Below, in pieces: positions 50,414 through 64,000 of a DNA stretch of 64,000 bases. The position numbers were made by a program, and so were the translations under genes. The DNA lies in assembly GCF_006345805.1 (NCBI RefSeq), contig NC_043000.1, forward strand, positions 117,490,001-117,554,000. The letters are read 5' to 3'. The notes under the pieces were generated by a model. The model had not been told where the DNA came from. It searched no databases and was given only the letters and a program-made list of their open reading frames with translations. Numbering within the stretch: the stretch's first letter is position 1; each line of letters begins with the position of its first letter. The DNA comes from Octopus sinensis. Lineage: Eukaryota.

Positions 50414-51045
50414 CTCTTCAGCATTCAGCATTCAGATTACTCTGTTAAATGCATATTTATTCATGTCATCATCATCATTTAACGTCTGTTATCCATTCTG
50501 GCATGGGTCAAACGGTTTGGCTGGTAAGTTGGAAGGCTGCACCAGACTCCAGTCTGATTTGGCATAGTTTTCTACAGCTGGATGCCCTTCCTAACACCAA
50601 CCACTCCTAAAGTGTAATGGGTGCTTTTACATGCCACTGGCACAGGTGCCATTTGCATGACACCAGTATCTGCCACGACTCTGTCTTTGTTCAGCTCCAT
50701 GGGTCTTCTTCTTCAGTTTCACATAATGCCAAAGGTCTCAGTCATTGTCTCCATGAGGTCCAACGCATGAAAGGAACTCAGCCACTTTGGCTCCATAAGG
50801 CCCAATGCTTGATGATATTAATATCAAACAGATCGATAAAATACTAGAAAGTGTATATAATATGTATATGTTATTGTTTTGAATTAATCTTGCATTTATG
50901 CATTATCTCATAGCTTTGAGATTTTGAAAGTGTGATTGTATATTTTCAGAATAACATTGTAGGGCATGAGGGAGAGGTCAAGCCTAGTTTGAACATAAAA
51001 CAAGGTGAATAATTTGGGTAGGATATGACCTTAAATGCTAAAGAG
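50414..51045. mobile_element. piggyBac-like MITE (TTAA flanks) interrupted by an RTE 3' end
   Basis: TTAA-CTCTTCAGCATT ... AATGCTAAAGAG-TTAA (12-bp TIR, 1 mismatch). Confidence 0.55.
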
Positions 51046-52149
51046 TTAAGACATGCACCTTTATATCACAGAAGCAAGAGAGGCCTTGAGTGGGCTGATG
51101 TCAAAAGGGTCAAATACATTTTATCACATGTAATTAACTATGTAACTAATCAATTACTACCCATTGATTTTTCCATGAGTACCCGCTGGTTTTAGTAACA
51201 AATTACATTTTATATATACAAATGTAAATAATAAATGTTTACACACACACACACATATCTATATATATATATATACACACACACATATATATAGATGTAT
51301 GTATCTATGTGTGTGTGTCTTTGTGTCCATGTTAGTCTCCCACCACTGCTTGACAACTGGTGTTAGTGTGTTTACGTCCCCGTAACTTAGTGGTTCAGCA
51401 AAAGAGACTGCTAGAATAAGTACTTGGCTTTTGAAATAAGTCCTGGGGTTGTTTCGTTTGACTAAAACCCTTCAAGGTAGTGCTCCAGCATGGCCGCAGT
51501 CAAACGCCTGAAACAAGTAAGAGATAAAAGTCATTGTTGATGCTTACTGCAATGTTTTGTTGTAGTAGTAGCAGCAACATTAGTAGTAAGCTAGCAAATT
51601 GTTAGTAGACTAAACAAAATACTTAGTAGAAAGCGTTTTGTCGGTCTTTATGGCATTCTGAGGTCAAATACTGCCGAGGTCAACTTTGCCTTTAAGTATC
51701 AGTTGACCACTTGGGTCAATGTAACCTACCTCTCCCCTACTCCCAAAATTTCAAGCCATATGCCGTTTGTAATCATGATTTGCCTTTCATCATTTTGGGG
51801 TCAATAAATTAAGTACCAATTGTGTACTGGGGTCAATGTTATCAATTTAAACCCCACCACCACCACCGAATTTCAGGCCTTGTGCCTATAATCGAATGGT
51901 TTATAGTTATTATTATCATTATGGCAAGCTGGCAGAAACGTTAGCATGCCGGGTGAAATGCATAGCTGTATTTTGTCTGCTGTTACGTTCTGAGTTCAAA
52001 TTCCACCGAGGTCGACTTTGCCTTTCATCCTTTCGGGGTCGATAAATTAAGTATCAGTTATGCACTGAGGTCGATATAATCGACTTAATCCCTTTGTCTG
52101 TCCTTGTTTGTCCCCTCTATGTTTAGCCCCTTGTGGGTAATAAAGAAAC

Positions 52150-52680
52150 AATTATTATTATTATTGTGTGAGAGAGCAGTGCATGCCATCAAAGTCACAC
52201 TGGGGTAAAATATACAAAGCCCAGTATACCCATCGTCTGATAAGGGTACACCAGGCACATGCATCACAACCATATGTGGGTGACATGATCTCATATCAAG
52301 ATAAACAATGCATGACCTTGCTGGTGAGGCCCAGTTAGAATTTTCTTCAGGTTGAGTAGCCCATCCTGCTCAAAAGGGCTCTGAATAAAGGTTGTTTAAG
52401 GATGTTGAATGAAACACCCATGTTTCCAAAGGTGAATTGTTCAAACCCTAAAGAATTCCTCTCAACACATGGCCATAATGCTCTCCCTACTACTTCTGCT
52501 TGTGATCAGAGATGCACATATCGTCAGCCACTAAAGGACATGCTCAACTGGTTATGGTTCAACAACTGACATGCTCAACTGGTTAAGGTCAAACAACTGA
52601 CATGCTCAACTGGTTAAGGTCCAACAACTGATATGTTCAACTGGTTAAGGTCCAACAACTGACAAGCAGCAGATCTGTAA
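52150..52680 (-). mobile_element. Retroelement 3'-UTR-like repeat with (AAT)n tail and four 31-bp tandem units
   Basis: Shares sequence with 5850-5995; 31-bp units at 52538-52661. Family not assigned. Confidence 0.5.
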
Positions 52681-53499
52681 TATTAAGCTGAATAAGGCTC
52701 ACAGAATCATTAGTATGTTGAACAAAATGCTAAACGGTATTTTGCCCATCACTACATTCTGAATTCAAATTCCACTGAGGTTGACTTTGCCTTTTATCCT
52801 TTCAGAGTCGATAAATTAAGTACCAATGAAATTCTGGAGTCGATATAATCAACTAGTCCTCTCCCCCAAAATTTCAGGCCTTGTGCCTATAATAGAAAGG
52901 TTTATTATTATTACTGTTATTATCCTCATCGTGGAGGTGTTTGGTCTAGCAGTTAGGGTGTCAGTATCATGATTGTAAGATTGTGGTTTCGATTTTTGGA
53001 CTGGGTGACATGTGTTCTTTGCTCCAGTCCACTCAGCTGGCAAAAATGAGTAACGATGAGCTGCGATGGACTGGTGTCCCTTCCAGCTGGGGAACACATA
53101 CGCCATTGAAACCAGGAAACCAGGCCCATGAGCCTGGCTAGGCTTTAAAAGGGAGCACTTATTTTTTATTTTTATTATTATCATCATAATCATCAGTAGT
53201 AGTAGTAGTAGTAGTAGTAGTAATTGTAGTAGATAAGTTTAATCTGTAACTATTATTCACGGTTATGGATTGAACTTACTGACACTTAGATTTCTGAATT
53301 CTTTATTTGCTTAAAGTGGTCTGACCTTGTTCCTATGAACATGTCACTCCTAGAAGTACACATCTATGTATGTGTGTGTGTGTGTAAGTATTTAGGTAGG
53401 TAAATACGTACATATGTACGTATATATGCATGTGTGTATATGTGTGTAAATGTATGTATGTCTGTTTGTATCTATGTATACATCTATGTATTTATGTGT

Positions 53500-53995
53500 G
53501 TTTATGTTTGTAATTATGCATGTATGTATGTATGTATATATGTATGTATGTATGTATATATATATGTATGTATGAATTCATATATACATGTGTGTATGTC
53601 ATTGTTCAGTTTTATTTCAAGATTCTTGCCAATAGAGAAAGAACCAGCTTCTAACCTAGATCAAAGGCTCCTTCATTGGAATTTTAACTTCAACAATACT
53701 GTATTTTTGTTTTGTATGTGTGTATGTATGTATGTATGTATGTATGTATGTATGTATGTATATATGTATGTATGTATATATATATGTATGTATGAATTCA
53801 TATATACATGTGTGTATGTCATTGTTCAGTTTTATTTCAAGATTCTTGCCAATAGAGAAAGAACCAGCTTCTAACCTAGATCAAAGGCTCCTTCATTGGA
53901 ATTTTAACTTCAACAATACTGTATTTTTGTTTTGTATGTGTGTATGTATGTATGTATGTATGTATGTATGTATGTATGTATGTACATATGTATGT
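53500..53995. repeat. 220-bp tandem duplication embedded in (TATG)n
   Basis: GAATTCA...GTATTTTTGTTTTG block at 53574 and again at 53794. Confidence 0.9.
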
Positions 53996-54300
53996 GATCA
54001 CCGTGACTGACCAGGCTATCAGATGTTGCTACACATCGCTGGTCACAATGCGCTGCGCATTGTTTTAGCCTTCAAATAATGCCACCCCGCTGGCTAAGTG
54101 AGCAGGCCAACAGAGGAAAGAATGAGAGAAAGTTGTGGCGAAAGAGTACAGTAGAGATCGCCACCACCCGCTACCGGATCCTCATAGAGCTTTAGGTGTT
54201 TTTGCTCAATAAACACTCACAATGCCCGGCCTGGGAATCAAAATCACAACCCTACAACCACGAGTCTGCTGCCCTAACCACTGGACCATTGCGCCTCCAC
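53995..54300 (-). mobile_element. SINE family C
   Basis: Reverse complement of the GGAGGCGCAATGGTCCAGTGGTTAGGGCAGCAGAC head. Confidence 0.8.
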
Positions 54301-55029
54301 ACATATGTATGTATAAGGCAAAATATAAGTTAGTCCTAGATGATACAATATTCCTAAAGGTCAGCAATGGTCATCCTCTGTCATGAGTGGATGGCCATCA
54401 CACCCACACACACAGACATGCGTGCGCACACATACCTCTTTACCTCTTTCTCTTGCACTCTCCTGTCTTAGAAAGAACTTTTTCTTACCCATTCCCTTCT
54501 GGTCATTTCAATATGTGACCGTGTATGTATCGTTGGCGATTTTCTTTCTCCATCTTCCCTTCTTTGGACTTTTTCTATATTTCTGATGAAGAGCTCCGCT
54601 CGAAATGTGAAATTCTCTTTCTTTTCTTTCCTTTCCTGAGCGTCCAATAACACAGTACTTATTCCACAACCTCGCGTTGTTGTTTTTTGTTGTTTTTTCT
54701 TGCTTGTTCATGTTTGGATTAACTATGTATGTATGTGTATATGTATGCATGTATGTATGTGTGTATGTATGTACAACTAACTAACAAACCAATTAAACAT
54801 TGTAGTACACAGTAAAAACAGCTATTTATAAATGTCATAGAACTTTAAGGAAAAAATTTGAAACCTCTGCAATTCATCTGCCATTTGGACAAAACAAAAC
54901 AAGCAGCCATTACACAATGTATAAAATGGTTAGCATCCAGCTGTAGAAACCATACCACACTATCACTGGAGGTCAGTACAGCCCAGTGGCTGATTGGATA
55001 CTGTCTAATGGTCCAGTCTATGCATAGAA

Positions 55030-55042
55030 AATGGACATTAAC

Positions 55043-55073
<31 letters not shown>

Positions 55074-55215
55074 GGTGGTGGTGGTGGTGATGATGATGGT
55101 GGTGGTGGTGGTGGTGGTGGTGGTGATGATGGTGGTGGTGGTGGTGGTGGTGGTGATGAGGATGATGATGATCGTGACAATGATGGCGACGACATCGACA
55201 ACGATGGTGATTATT
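55030..55215. repeat. (GGT)n/(GAT)n tract
   Basis: Visible. Confidence 0.95.
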
Positions 55216-55314
55216 GCTGTCTAGAAGACTCCATCCCAAAGTAGTCCCAATAAGTGACATCCACTATACTTAGAATTTCCTGCACTCCATTGAAAATATT
55301 TTATCATCAGGGGA

Positions 55315-55765
55315 AGGCGGCAAGCTGGCAGAAACATTAGCATGCCGGGCAAAATGCTTAGCAGTATTTCGTCTGTCTTTACGTTCTGAGTTCTAATTCC
55401 ACCGAGACTGACTTTGCCTTTCATCCTTTCGGGGCCAATAAATTAAGTACCAGTTGCATACTGGGGTCAATCTAATAGATTGGCCCCCTCCTCAAAACGT
55501 TTCAGGCCTTGTGCCTAGAGTAGAAGAGAATATCTCTACTCTATGGAAGGCGCTGAGCTGGCAGAAACGTGAGCATGCCAGGTCAAATGCTTAGCAGTGT
55601 TTTGTCTGTCTTTACGTTCTGAGTTCAAATTCCGCCGAGGTTGACTTTACCTTTCATCCTTCTGGGGTCGATAAATTAACTACCAGTTGCATACTGGGTT
55701 GATCTAATCGACTGGCCTCCTCCTCCAAAATTTCAGGCCTTGTGCCTACAGTAGAAAGGAATATC
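55315..55765 (+). mobile_element. Two tandem SINE family B monomers
   Basis: Each has a head, core and GTGCCTA(G/C)AGTAGAA tail. Confidence 0.85.
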
Positions 55766-56253
55766 TTATCATCAGGAAAAGACAAAAGAATTACCACAAC
55801 AACCACAAAATAATTGCTGTAATTGATTATATTCTCTGTGTATGTTCCAAAACCTCACAGGTTGTTGACCAATGACCTTTGCCCTGGTGGTTATTAGAGA
55901 CAGGATTTAAGAATACATATTCCATCCATTTGCTTTTGTGTTGTATTTTAGATAGGTAAAAAAAAAAAAGAGAGGGGGAGAGAGAGAGAGAGAGAGAAGA
56001 GAAAAGGAGAGGAAGAGTGGGGTAAGGGAGAGGAGGAAAGGGAGACCAAAGGAGAAAAGGTGAAAGGGAAGAGAAGACAGAGAGAGTGAATTGAAGAAGG
56101 AGATACTCTGAAAGAGAGAGAGAGAAAGAGTGTGTGTGTGTGTCTGTATGAAAAAGAGAGAAAATTAGTGTAAGACAGAGAGGGGGAGAGAAGGTGAGAT
56201 AGATAGAGAGAGGAAGAGAGAGAGAAAGAAAGAGAGAGAGAGAAAGAAAGAGA

Positions 56254-56291
<38 letters not shown>

Positions 56292-56759
56292 ATGCTGAAT
56301 CAGTAGAGTCATGAGAGTGGTCAGAGAGAATGCCTCTGTGCTTTAGTTCTCAATCTCAGCATTGTAAGTTCAAATCTTACTAAGGTTAGCTTTATTTTTC
56401 ACCACCCTTCCAGGGTCAGAAAAGGAAAATAGTGTGACCTACCCAGAGTAACAGAAAGGCAGAACTATAAGAAAGACGAACCAACTGCTTTGTGGTATTT
56501 ATTCTGGTGCTCTAGATTCTGAGTTCAACTCTTGCTATGGCTTGCATGGGTAACAGATTTCAAATATTGTCTGGTTTAACACTTCCACTCATGGTGGCTC
56601 TATTGGAGTCTACTCTGTTACATATATACAAGTCAGGTCTCACCCCTACAAGTCTTGGAGGCCCTACAAATGGGTCACAAACACTGCCTTTTCCTCCTGA
56701 CTAAAACATTAAAAACAAGTGCACTGAGAGAGTGCATACCAAGGCAACACCAACATCCT

Positions 56760-57130
56760 CTCAACGATTAGGCCAGAGATGATTTTGAAAATGAGAATAT
56801 CTGAAATAAACTCGATTGCTCTCACAAACGAGAATACTTAAAATGAACCCAACCGCTCTCAAAAATTAAGTAAAAAAAAAAAATGGAAAAATAATCCAGA
56901 ATCCTTGTCCGATACCTGATCGATCCCAAAATGTAATGTTTGTTCCAGTCATGAGGCCAAACATCCCTGAAAGTTTCATCCGAATCCATCCAGTGGTTCT
57001 TGAGATATCTTGTCCATGGACAAACAAACAAACAACTTTTTATTCTTTTTTTATACCTTGGCCTTTATTAAGGCAGAGGTAATAATCCAGAATCCATGTT
57101 CGGTACTGGATCGATCCCAAAATCTAATCA
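56760..57130. mobile_element. Helentron/HINE-like non-autonomous element with partial tandem copy
   Basis: (AAAC)n tract, terminal stem-loop CCTTGGCCT...AGGCAGAGGTAAT, and repeated AATAATCCAGAATCC...GATCGATCCCAAAAT. Confidence 0.45.
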
Positions 57131-57864
57131 GTCCTGGGGTCGATTTCTTCAACTAAAACCCTCTAAGGCAGTGCTCCAGCATGGCCACAGTTCTAATGAC
57201 CGAAGCAAGTAACAGATAACAGATTTCTAGTTTATTTCATTTATTTATTTATTTCTCATTTACTTATTTCACAGAACTTTACTACCAGACACATTTCTGG
57301 TGCCACCCTTGTTATTATAGACAAAAAAAAATCTAAGGTTCCATTTCTGACATTTCATAATATATAACATGCAGCCAGTTTACTCTTTTAAACTAATAAA
57401 ACTAAGATTATTTACTTATAAGCTCTATTTAAATATTAACTGTAATTTGTTTAACTTACTGCATACTTAAATGTACCCATTAAATAAGAATCCCCCCTCA
57501 GCATAAACTATATATAACAACAAATCTATGACAGAAAATCTTTGTAAAATAATTAAATAAACCCAACTAAGGATTTTAATTATTGTTTGCTTTACAATAT
57601 ATAAGGAGACAGTCAGGAATTGTCACTGTATGCTTGCAAAGGACAGTGGTAAAGAAATTTGATACACTTCCAAAGTTCTGCATAGATGAAAAATAAAAAC
57701 CAAAAATGGAGGGGATGTTTAGTATTTGCATATGTTTTGGTGCATATGAACAGAAAATTAATAGGTTAATGGAACATAGATTTCTTAGAAGTCACAGTTG
57801 TACTTGGAAGAAAAATAATAAAACTTTAGGAGAAAAGTTCGTGACAAACTGTATGAGTTACTGA

Positions 57865-57881
57865 TAGGATGTATGTATGTA

Positions 57882-57918
<37 letters not shown>

Positions 57919-58053
57919 ATGTATGTATGTATGTGTGTATGTATGTATGTGATATGTGCATATACTTGCTTGACTGTTATACTTATATATATGTTTGTAT
58001 GTATGTGTGGGCACGTGTGTGTGTGTATTTAGATATGGATATAAATATATGTA

Positions 58054-58100
<47 letters not shown>

Positions 58101-58321
58101 ATATATATGTATGTATGTGTGTGTGTATGTGTGTGTGTATGTATGCAAGCATGTATGTATATATATATTTAGATATGGATATAAAAATATATATTATATA
58201 TATATATATTATATATATGTATGTATATGTGTGTATGTATGTGTGTATGTATGTGTGGGCACGTGTGTGTGTGTATTTAGATATGGATATAAATATATGT
58301 AATATTATATATATATATGTG

Positions 58322-58352
<31 letters not shown>

Positions 58353-58720
58353 ATGTATGCAAGCATGTATGTATATATATATTTAGATATGGATATAAAA
58401 ATATATATTTATATATATGTATGTATATGTGTGTATGTATGTGTGTATGTATGTGTGGGCACGTGTGTGTGTGTATTTAGATATGGATATAAATATATGT
58501 AATATTATATATATATATGTGTATATATGTGTGTGTGTGTGTGTGTTTGTGTGTATGTATTCATGCATGTATGTATATATATATTTAGATATGGATATAA
58601 AAATATATATTTATATATATGTATGTATATGTGTGTATGGATGTATGTATGTATATGTATATATATTTAGATATGGATATAAATATATGTAATATAATAC
58701 ATATATGTATATATATATGT
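57865..58720. repeat. Microsatellite-derived minisatellite array
   Basis: ATTTAGATATGGATATAAA recurs, with GTGGGCACGTGTG three times, among TA/TG runs. Confidence 0.9.
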
Positions 58721-60651
58721 GTGTGGGTATATCTATACACACACAAACACACACATACAAATACCTATTCTTTTCCCCTTTACCTTGTACTAGTTTCTGT
58801 CAATGGACTGCAGCCTTGAAGAGATTAGACAAAAATATCGACCCCCACAACTTATTTATTGTTTTAAGCTTACTCGTTCTGTTGGTCTCTTTTGTCAATC
58901 TGCTAAATTACAACACACAAACAACCAGCACCAGTTGTCAAGCATTGATTGGCGCTAAACACTAACATGAAACTCACATGCACACACACACACATCTATA
59001 AAGGATTGTCGTCTACTGGCGCCAGTGCAGCATGAGATGCACATGTACCAGAGCTGCATGTACGCACCCATGTCAGGGGCATGTCAAATGCTTCCAGTAC
59101 ACTCTGTAAAGTGGTCGACCTTAGGAAAGGCATACATCTGTAGAAGCCATGCCGCAATGGACAACTGGAGTCTGGACAGCTCCTCGGCTGGCTGGCTCTT
59201 GTTAAACCATCCAACCCATGCTAGCATGGAAAGAAGATGTTAAACGACACTGACAATGATGATGATGATATATATATATATATATATATCATCTTTTAAC
59301 GTCCATTCTCCATGCTAGCATGGGTTGGACCGTTCGACCGGGGATCTGGGAAGCCAGAAGGCTGCACCAGGCTCCGGTCTTATCTGGCAATGTTTCTACA
59401 GCTGGATGCCCTTCCTAACGCCAACCACTCCGTGAGTGTAGTTATATATATATATATATAGATGGGAACTGAAAGTAGTCTGTTATACATATGTGTGTGT
59501 GTATGTGTGTGTATGAATGCGTGTTCTTATCTGTGTGTGTGTGTTTTTGTGTCTGTGTTAGTCTTCCCATAACTGCTTGACAACTGATGTTGGTGTGATT
59601 ATGTCCCCATAACTTAGCAGACACCAATAGAATAAGTACTAGGCTTCGAAAATATGTCTTGGTGTCTATTTGTTTGACCAAGACCCCTTCAAGGTGTTGC
59701 TCCATCATGGCCACAGCCAAATGACTGAAACAAGTAAAAGATAAAAGATAAAGATATATTTATTGTGGGAAGACTGTCAAGGGCTACCAGAAGGAATCTT
59801 GAGGGCTGCGGTTGAGAAATGCTGATCTAGGGGCTCTAGGATGATAAACCCCTTCACCCTAATTCCAACTGCTAGGGCATTACTCAAAGAAACTGATTCA
59901 TAAGTCATAAAGTAAGGGTCCCCTCTATGTTTAGCCCCTTGTGGGCAGTAAAGAAATAAGAAACTGAAAGAAGCTTGTTGCTTCTTTGTGTGTGTGTGGA
60001 AGGTGTTTGCGAGCTGGCAGAAACATTAGCACACCGGGCGATATGCTTAGCGGTATTTCGTCTGCTGCTACGTTGTGAGTTCAAATTCCGCTGAAGTCGA
60101 CTTTGCCTTTCATCCTAACGAGGTCGATAAAATAAGTACCAGTTATGCACTGGGGTTGATGTAATTGACTTAATACTTATGTCTGTCCTTGTTTGTCCCC
60201 TCTATGTTTAGCTCCTTGTGGGCAATAAAGAAATAGGTTAGGCTGTTGAATTTATGATCACTAGATCATGGGTTCAATTGCCAGACTGGGTGGTGCTTTC
60301 TGTTCTTGTACAAAACACTTTATTTCACATTGCTCTTGATCAGGGACACTGTTGGCCTGCTCACCTAGCCAGTGGGCTAAAACATTTGCAAAGTGCATTG
60401 GTGTCCAGTGATGTGTGACAACATCTGATAGTCTGGTTGGACATGTGATCATGTGATGTGTGTGTATGTATGTGCATGAGTGTATGTATACATCTATGTG
60501 TTTGTTTGTTTGTCCTACACCATGCTTGACAACTGGTATTGGTTTTCACAAGATAGTAGTAACACTTCTTAAATAGAAGTTTTATCAATAAACACAGAGT
60601 TGGTCCACATTTGGCCCAAATCACAGGCTTGAGAAATTTATTTGTACAGGT

Positions 60652-61433
60652 TACTCTTTTACTCTTTCACTTGTTTCAGTCATTTGACTGCGGCCATGCT
60701 AGAGCACCACCTTTAGTCGAGCAAATTGACCCCAGGACTTATTCTTTGTAAGCCTAGTACTTATTCTATCAGTCTCTATAAGTTACGGGGACGTAAACAC
60801 ACCAGCATTGGTTGTCAAGTGATGTTGAGGGGACAAACACAGGTGCAGAAGTGGCTGTGTGGTAAGTAGCTTGCTAACCAACCACATGGTTCCGGGTTCA
60901 GTCTCACTGCGTGGCACCTTGGGCAAGTGTCTTCTACGATAGCCTCGAGCCGACCAAAGCCTTGTGAGTGGATTTGGTAGACGGAAACTGAAAGAATCCC
61001 GTCGTATATATGTATATATATATATATGTGTGAGTGTATGTTTGTGTGTCAGTGTTTGTCCCCCTAGCATTGCTTGACAACCGATGCTGGTATGTTTACA
61101 TCCCCGTCACTTAGCGGTTTAGCAAAAGAGACCGATAGAATAAGTACTAGGCTTATAAAGAATAAGTCCTGGGGTCGATTTGCTCAACTAAAGGCGGTGC
61201 TCCAGCATGGCCACAGTCAAATGACTGAAACAAGTAAGTAAAAGTACACATATATACATATACATATATACGACGGGCTTCTTTCAGTTTCCGTCTACGA
61301 AATCCACTCACAAACCTTTGATCGGCTCGAGGCTATAGTAGAAGACACTTACCCAAGGTGCCATGCAGTGGGACTGAACCGGAACCATGTGGTTGGTAAG
61401 CAAGCTGCTTACCACACAGCCACTCCTGCGCCT
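60652..61433. mobile_element. Nested SINE family A (plus copy at 60841-61240 inside a minus copy)
   Basis: Order: minus-strand tail half, complete plus copy, minus-strand head half. Confidence 0.85.
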
Positions 61434-61499
61434 TAAAATGTAAAGACAGACAAAATACCGCTAAGTATTTCTCCCAGCATACTAACGTTTCTGCCAGCT

Positions 61500-61945
61500 T
61501 GCCGTTCAGGTTCTGAACAATTGTTAGAGAAAGTTTGAGCCATTCTTCAGGTAAAACCTGCTTTAGCTCTTTCAGCTATGATGATGAAAGGAAGCTGCCC
61601 TGTGCTGCTCCAAAATGTATCACAAATATTCAATTATACTGAGATCTGGTGATTGTGGAGGCAAAACCAAGTGGCCTGCTTCCCCTTTCTGTTCTTTGAA
61701 CCTATTTTGAATAACTTTAACGATGGGAATTGGTATATTATTATCCTGGAAGATCATGCTACCATCAACGAGCAATGTTTGTATATGTAGGGTGGGCATG
61801 AGCCATTAAAATACTCAGATAATCTTTGGTGTTAAAACTCTGCCATGTGGAACCAAGAAAATTCTATGATTTGGTTGTTCATATCATCACAGAGCCACCT
61901 TTATGCTTCATAGTAAGAACCAAATTGTCAGGGTCTCTACCTTCT
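61500..61945 (-). mobile_element. Tc1-like transposase fragment
   Basis: TMKHKGGSVMI...FQDNNIPI...LPPQSPDLSIIEYL with stops. Confidence 0.75.
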
Positions 61946-62919
61946 CTTCTCTATCATGGTTGGGGCCATGAACAAAGCTACCATTTTCACTGTAAAATGT
62001 TAGGTATTAAGAAATGCTTCCAGCTGTAAAAACTCTACCAAAACAGAGACACTGGAATAAAATTTGTTCCTCCCACCTGCTGAATCCTGGTTAACCATCC
62101 AATCTATGCCAGCATGGAAAACAGATTTGAAATAATGATGAGGATATATATGTATACATACATACTTATACACACATCATCATCATCATTTAACATCTAT
62201 GTTTCATATTGGCATGGGTTGTAGAGTTTGACGAGCCAATGAGTTTAAGGACTGATGAGGCTCCAATATTCGTTTTGGCATGATTTCTATGGCTGGATGC
62301 CCTTCATAATGACAATCACTTTACAGCATCTACTGGGTGCATTTTTTTTTATGCCATCAGTACTAGTGAGGTCGCTATGCAGCTCAGAAGACTCCAAACC
62401 CAGGGATGGGTATGCTTTATGCTAGGAAATGTACATTAAAGTATGAGAGACGAGGGAGAGCAGAGGATATTTCTCCTCATCCAAATTCAGGCAAGGGTGT
62501 GCATTGGGTACAATTTTTGCAGACCCACACCCCTTAGCTGTAGCAACCATAGAAAGTTTTACATGTTTAGCAAGATGAAGGGTCTTCTTAACTCTCTACT
62601 CAACAGAGTGTATTGAGTGAATTTTATGATAGGACCAGCAGGGGAGTGGATAAAAGACCTTTCTCCTGTAGGCACAAGGCCTGAAATTTGGGGGAGGGTA
62701 TTAGTTGATTATATTGACCCCAGTGTTTCACTAGTACTTAATTTATCGACTCCGAAAGGATAAAAGCCAAAGTCGACCTCGGCAGAATTTGGAAGGGATA
62801 AGAGTGAGAGAAGAAAGGATAACAAGAGGTGAATGAATGTTATGAGATAATGATTGGCGATGACACCAAATGATAGCCTGTGGGGAGTATAAGTTGAGTG
62901 TAAGAAGTAAAAGCAGGAC

Positions 62920-63084
62920 TGATATGGTTCCAGGCTGTGTGGTAAGTAGCTTGCTTACCAACCACATGGTCCTGGGTTCAGTCCCACTCCACAGCACCTT
63001 GGGTAAGCGTCTTCTACTATAGCCTCGTGAATGGATTTGGTAGACGGAAACTGGAAGAAGCCCGTTGTGTATGTGTATATATAA

Positions 63085-63117
<33 letters not shown>

Positions 63118-63355
63118 TATATATATATGTATATGTGTGTGTGTATATGTTTGAGTGTCTGTGTTTTTCTCCCCCAACATCGCTTGACAACCAATGCTGG
63201 TGTGTTTACATCCCCGTAACTTAGCGCTTCGGCGAAAGAGATCGATAGAGTAAGTACTAGGTTTACAAAGAATAAGCTCTGGGGTTGATTTGTTCGACTA
63301 AATGTGGTGATCCAGCATGGTCACAGTCAAATGAGTGAAATAAGTAAAAGAGAAT
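62920..63355 (+). mobile_element. SINE family A with internal deletion
   Basis: Head, microsatellite and tail present. Confidence 0.85.
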
Positions 63356-63374
63356 GAAGAGTATAGATATATAT

Positions 63375-63490
63375 ATGAAAGAAGGTTTGAAAATGCAGTT
63401 TTAAAAGATTGTAAATCTTTTTCTAAAAAAGTGAAACCGGTCAAGTGAATAAAAACTCTTTTAAAATTGCCTTTTCAAACCTTCTTTCAT
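63375..63490. mobile_element. 116-bp hairpin element within (TA)n
   Basis: 34-bp inverted ends with 2 mismatches; partial opposite-orientation copy at ~29535. Confidence 0.7.
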
Positions 63491-63550
63491 ATATATTTCC
63501 ACTCGTGCGGTACCTTACAACTTCACTTTGTTTTACATATATATATATAT

Positions 63551-63612
<62 letters not shown>

Positions 63613-64000
63613 GTATGTATTTATATATGTATGTATATATATATGTATATATATGTATATATATATATTTACACGTGTGTGTGTGTGTATGTATGTATGT
63701 GAGTGCCTGTGTAAACACACACACGTATATGTGTGTATAAAGACCAGCATAGCAGCGATACTCAATGTTGCGAAAGCGAAAACTTCAGAATTCATCTCTG
63801 ATATTCCAATATGCAACAAGCATTTAAGTGAATTTCGCTAAATGAGCAGAGCCCAGAATATTTAGTTTACAACAAAGGTTAATTGTTTGAGAATGTGTCA
63901 CGTTAAAATAATTCGCAACAACCAGCAACATAGGTACATTTTTGAGACATTACGAAATCCATGTCACGTTACTTCAAACATGTACGCGCGAATCCTCAGA

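Noticed and set aside
52538-52661. 31-bp repeats as a possible CRISPR array
   Set aside because: The units are contiguous with no unique spacers, lie inside a eukaryotic retro-repeat, and no cas genes are present.

Overview
Repeat-dense eukaryotic genomic DNA, most likely from an octopus (coleoid cephalopod). This assignment is inferred from the recurring tRNA-derived SINE families and the RTE, R4/Dong, CR1, Tx1, Tc1/mariner, Helitron and Penelope-like remnants. Most long ORFs in the track are microsatellite translation artefacts or decayed transposon fragments. Host coding sequence is sparse. A plus-strand gene of unrecognised family has three phase-compatible terminal exons at 39510-40965 and weaker upstream exon candidates back to about 13.6 kb. 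A probable convergent minus-strand exon lies at 46664-46861. The most unusual structures are: (1) a ~2 kb inverted array of a 488-bp hairpin-bearing unit, in which each arm is two units with short terminal redundancy, as if two differently opened circles had been joined; (2) a head-to-head palindrome of a tRNA-headed element carrying a hammerhead-ribozyme-like core, filling an intron of the plus-strand gene; (3) a dispersed hammerhead-like family with a variant core; (4) a SINE dimer with a fixed junction that is flanked by target-site duplications. No prokaryotic systems, CRISPR arrays, rRNA or credible tRNA genes were seen. No searches or computations could be run, so family names are pattern-based and many boundaries are approximate.
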